Position numbers and translations under genes: made by a program. Under the pieces are notes generated by a model that saw only the letters and a program-made list of their open reading frames with translations, searched no databases and was not told where the DNA came from. Positions 21,967 through 24,000 of a DNA stretch of 24,000 bases are shown piece by piece (position 1 is the stretch's first letter; each line of letters begins with the position of its first letter). Source of the DNA: Minisyncoccota bacterium (GTDB taxonomy: Bacteria; Patescibacteriota; Minisyncoccia; Phycocordibacterales; UBA2100); NCBI GenBank assembly GCA_035541295.1, contig DATKNP010000003.1, forward strand, positions 34,549 to 58,548. The letters are read 5' to 3'.

Positions 21967-23229
21967 ATGGAAAATAAACTGAATATTACGTATGCGCCTA
22001 TCTCCCAACTCCGTGCGTCGGAATACAATCCCCGATCTTGGAGCAAAGACGCGATTACTCAACTCACCGAAAGTATCAAACGATACGGTTTCGTAGACCC
22101 GCTGCTCGTTAACGGTGCCCCAAAACGCAAAGGCATCGTGATCGGCGGACACTTTCGCCTGTCGATTGCAAAGAAGCTCGGCATTACCGAGGTGCCAGTC
22201 GTATACATCAACATTCCCGACATTGCGCGAGAAAAAGAGCTGAACATTCGTCTGAACAAAAACGTCGGCGATTGGGACTGGGACTTGCTCGCCAAGTTCG
22301 ACCCCACCCTACTTACCAACATCGGCTTCTCCGGCGAAGAGCTGGACGAGATCTTCGACATCGGCGAAGTGGTCGAGGATTTCGACGTTGAGAAAGAGCT
22401 CAAGAAAATTAAGAAGCCGGTCTCCAAACTTGGCGATCTGTATCAGCTGGGCAGCCACCGCATCATCTGCGGCGACTCGACGGATCCGGCCGTCATTCGC
22501 AGATTGATGAGCGGCAAGAAAGCCGACTCCATTCTGCAAGACCCTCCGTACAACATCGCCCTCGACTACGACAAAGGCATCGGTGGCAAAGGAAACTACG
22601 GCGGCACCGTTGATGATGCAAAGTCGGATAGCGAGTACAAGAAATTCCTGAAATCTGCCCTTCAGAACGCGCTCGGTGTTCTCAAAAAAGACGCTCATGT
22701 ATTCACGTATTGCGACCAGAAATATATCTGGTTGTTGCAAACGTTGTATACGGAGCTCGGCATCGCCAACAAGCGCGTATGCTTGTGGATCAAGAACAAC
22801 AGTACGCCGACGCCGCAGGTGGCATTCAACAAACAGTACGAGCCGTGCGTATACGGCACAGTCGGCAAACCGCATCTGTCCCAAAGTGTTCTCAACCTCA
22901 CTGAAATCCTGAACCGCGAGATCGGCACCGGCAACCGTGCCATTGAGGACATCTACGACTTGCTTGATATCTGGATGGTGAAGCGATTGAACGGTACGAG
23001 TTATGAGCATCCAACAGAGAAACCCGCCGCTCTCCATGAGAAAGCGTTGCGCCGGTGTACAAAGCCCGGACAAATCGTGCTGGACTGCTTCGCGGGATCG
23101 GGATCGCTCATGGTCGCGTGCGAACAATTGAAGCGGACTGCGTATATGATCGAACGCGAACCGATCTTCGTTGATCTTGTGATTCGCCGCTACGAAAAAC
23201 TTACGGGTCATAAAGCGATCAAGGTATGA
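21967..23229 (+). CDS. ParB-like nuclease (ParB-N/sulfiredoxin) domain fused to a beta-class N6-adenine/N4-cytosine DNA methyltransferase
   Basis: 420 aa. The N-terminus is L..SEYNPR......I..L..SI..YGF.DPLLV......IVIGGHFRL.IAKKLG (ParBc). Motif IV is ILQDPPYNI, followed later by motif I VLDCFAGSGS; this IV-before-I order defines the beta class. EHPTEKP is also typical of this family. Confidence 0.9.
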   Translation: MENKLNITYAPISQLRASEYNPRSWSKDAITQLTESIKRYGFVDPLLVNGAPKRKGIVIGGHFRLSIAKKLGITEVPVVYINIPDIAREKELNIRLNKNVGDWDWDLLAKFDPTLLTNIGFSGEELDEIFDIGEVVEDFDVEKELKKIKKPVSKLGDLYQLGSHRIICGDSTDPAVIRRLMSGKKADSILQDPPYNIALDYDKGIGGKGNYGGTVDDAKSDSEYKKFLKSALQNALGVLKKDAHVFTYCDQKYIWLLQTLYTELGIANKRVCLWIKNNSTPTPQVAFNKQYEPCVYGTVGKPHLSQSVLNLTEILNREIGTGNRAIEDIYDLLDIWMVKRLNGTSYEHPTEKPAALHEKALRRCTKPGQIVLDCFAGSGSLMVACEQLKRTAYMIEREPIFVDLVIRRYEKLTGHKAIKV

Positions 23230-23645
23230 GTCGGGATAAAACCATTGAAGATCGGCAGTCGAAGGAAAAAGCAGCACTGCTTGAGCAATTGAAAAAGACC
23301 CCCATCGTCCATATCGCCTGTGAGAAAGCAGGTGTTGGCCGCGCCACCTACTACCGGTGGCGCGGGGAGGACGCGCAGTTCCGAAAGCAAGCGGACGCTG
23401 CCCTTACCGAGGGCGAAGCATTGATCACCGACATGAGTGAATCGCAATTGATTACTCTCATTAAAGAGAAAAATTTCTCGGCTATTCACTTGTGGTTGCG
23501 ACAACATCATCCGAAGTATGCGAACCGAGTTGAGATCACTGAGCGAGTATCTGTATCGGACGACCTGACACCAGAGCAAAAGAAGATTGTCGAGGAAGCA
23601 TTGCGACTGGCGAATCTTAGCAGCCAAGAGCATAACCATGGATAA
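23226..23645 (+). CDS. Small HTH protein, phage terminase small-subunit-like (phBC6A51-type HTH)
   Basis: 139 aa. IACEKAGVGRATYYRWRGEDAQFRKQADAAL...AIHLWLRQHHPKY matches the HTH pattern seen in phage terminase small subunit / phBC6A51-family proteins. It has an ATGA overlap with the methyltransferase stop and an 8-nt overlap with the next gene. Confidence 0.65.
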   Translation: MSRDKTIEDRQSKEKAALLEQLKKTPIVHIACEKAGVGRATYYRWRGEDAQFRKQADAALTEGEALITDMSESQLITLIKEKNFSAIHLWLRQHHPKYANRVEITERVSVSDDLTPEQKKIVEEALRLANLSSQEHNHG

Positions 23646-24000
23646 CAAAACCTTGCGAGAATCTATCCTCGCCGACAAAAGTGTTCGACGTGCGGTCGTA
23701 CGTCGAAGCCATTATTGGTTCTTCTCGATCTTTCTGGCGCATTACATTCAGTATGAGATCGCGCCCTTTCAGCGCGACATGTTCAAGCTCACCGAGGACA
23801 CGGAACACAGACTGAGCGTAGTCATGGCCTTTCGGGGATCTGGCAAATCGACGATCATGAATCTGTCGTATGCGCTCTGGGCGATTCTTGGCGAGCAGCG
23901 CAAGAAATTCATCCTGATCATCAGCAAAACGCAGGCGCAAGCGCGAACCCAATTCCAAAATATTCGTGATGAGTTGCGATATAACGCGTTGCTTTCCAAG
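23638..24000 (+). CDS. Phage terminase large subunit, N-terminal ATPase part (3' end off window)
   Basis: Not in the ORF track because it runs off the edge. My translation is MDNKTLRESILADKSVRRAVVRRSHYWFFSIFLAHYIQYEIAPFQRDMFKLTEDTEHRLSVVMAFRGSGKSTIMNLSYALWAILGEQRKKFILIISKTQAQARTQFQNIRDEL... This gives APFQ..MF followed by Walker A (a)FRGSGKST, as in Terminase_6-type TerL. Confidence 0.7.
   Translation, partial: MDNKTLRESILADKSVRRAVVRRSHYWFFSIFLAHYIQYEIAPFQRDMFKLTEDTEHRLSVVMAFRGSGKSTIMNLSYALWAILGEQRKKFILIISKTQAQARTQFQNIRDELRYNALLSK

Larger units (their letters stand above)
21967..24000 (+). mobile_element. Phage-like DNA packaging module (prophage or phage-derived element), left limit uncertain, continues beyond window
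   Basis: Three translationally coupled plus-strand genes (ParB-MTase, TerS-like HTH, TerL) follow a strand switch and a repeat-rich 484-nt non-coding region. No integrase or att duplication is visible inside the window. Confidence 0.55.

Noticed and set aside
22309-23277. A 322-aa ORF on the minus strand, antisense to the ParB-methyltransferase gene
   Set aside because: It is entirely nested opposite a CDS with unmistakable ParBc and DPPY/FAGSGS motifs. Its translation is low-complexity (R/A/V/L-rich) with no recognisable motif. This is typical shadow-ORF behaviour.

Overview
The window looks like a compact, gene-dense bacterial chromosome segment. Positions 1-20407 carry 24 CDS and 4 tRNAs, all on the minus strand, with short gaps and several start/stop overlaps. 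They include an aclB/aclA-like pair, a GNAT, recO, ileS (type 2), a Pif1/RecD-like helicase, argS, secE-nusG-rplK with no rplA after it, and a SIMPL protein. They continue with tRNA-His, a DUF2914-like membrane protein, tRNA-Leu, rplS, uppS, acyP, tRNA-Arg, tRNA-Val, and a pilM-pilN-pilO-like cluster plus one extra gene. The last genes on this strand are a tRNA-binding-domain protein, ruvX, an ECF sigma factor with a membrane partner, and a cytidylyltransferase-like protein. At about 20.4 kb the strand flips. A secreted two-HKD phospholipase-D-family protein follows, then a 484-nt non-coding region dense in repeats and hairpins. After that comes a phage-like module running off the right edge: a ParB-N::DNA methyltransferase fusion, a small HTH terminase-small-subunit-like protein, and a terminase large subunit. 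The small housekeeping proteins, sparse Shine-Dalgarno motifs, absent rplA next to rplK and type IV pilus genes suggest a reduced-genome, CPR/Parcubacteria-like organism; this is inference only. The standard genetic code appears to apply. The best leads are the structured 21483-21966 region with the adjacent phage packaging module, the twin perfect palindromes at 7494-7551, the three-hairpin rplK-argS spacer, and the ATP-citrate-lyase-like pair. No CRISPR array, rRNA or transposase was seen.
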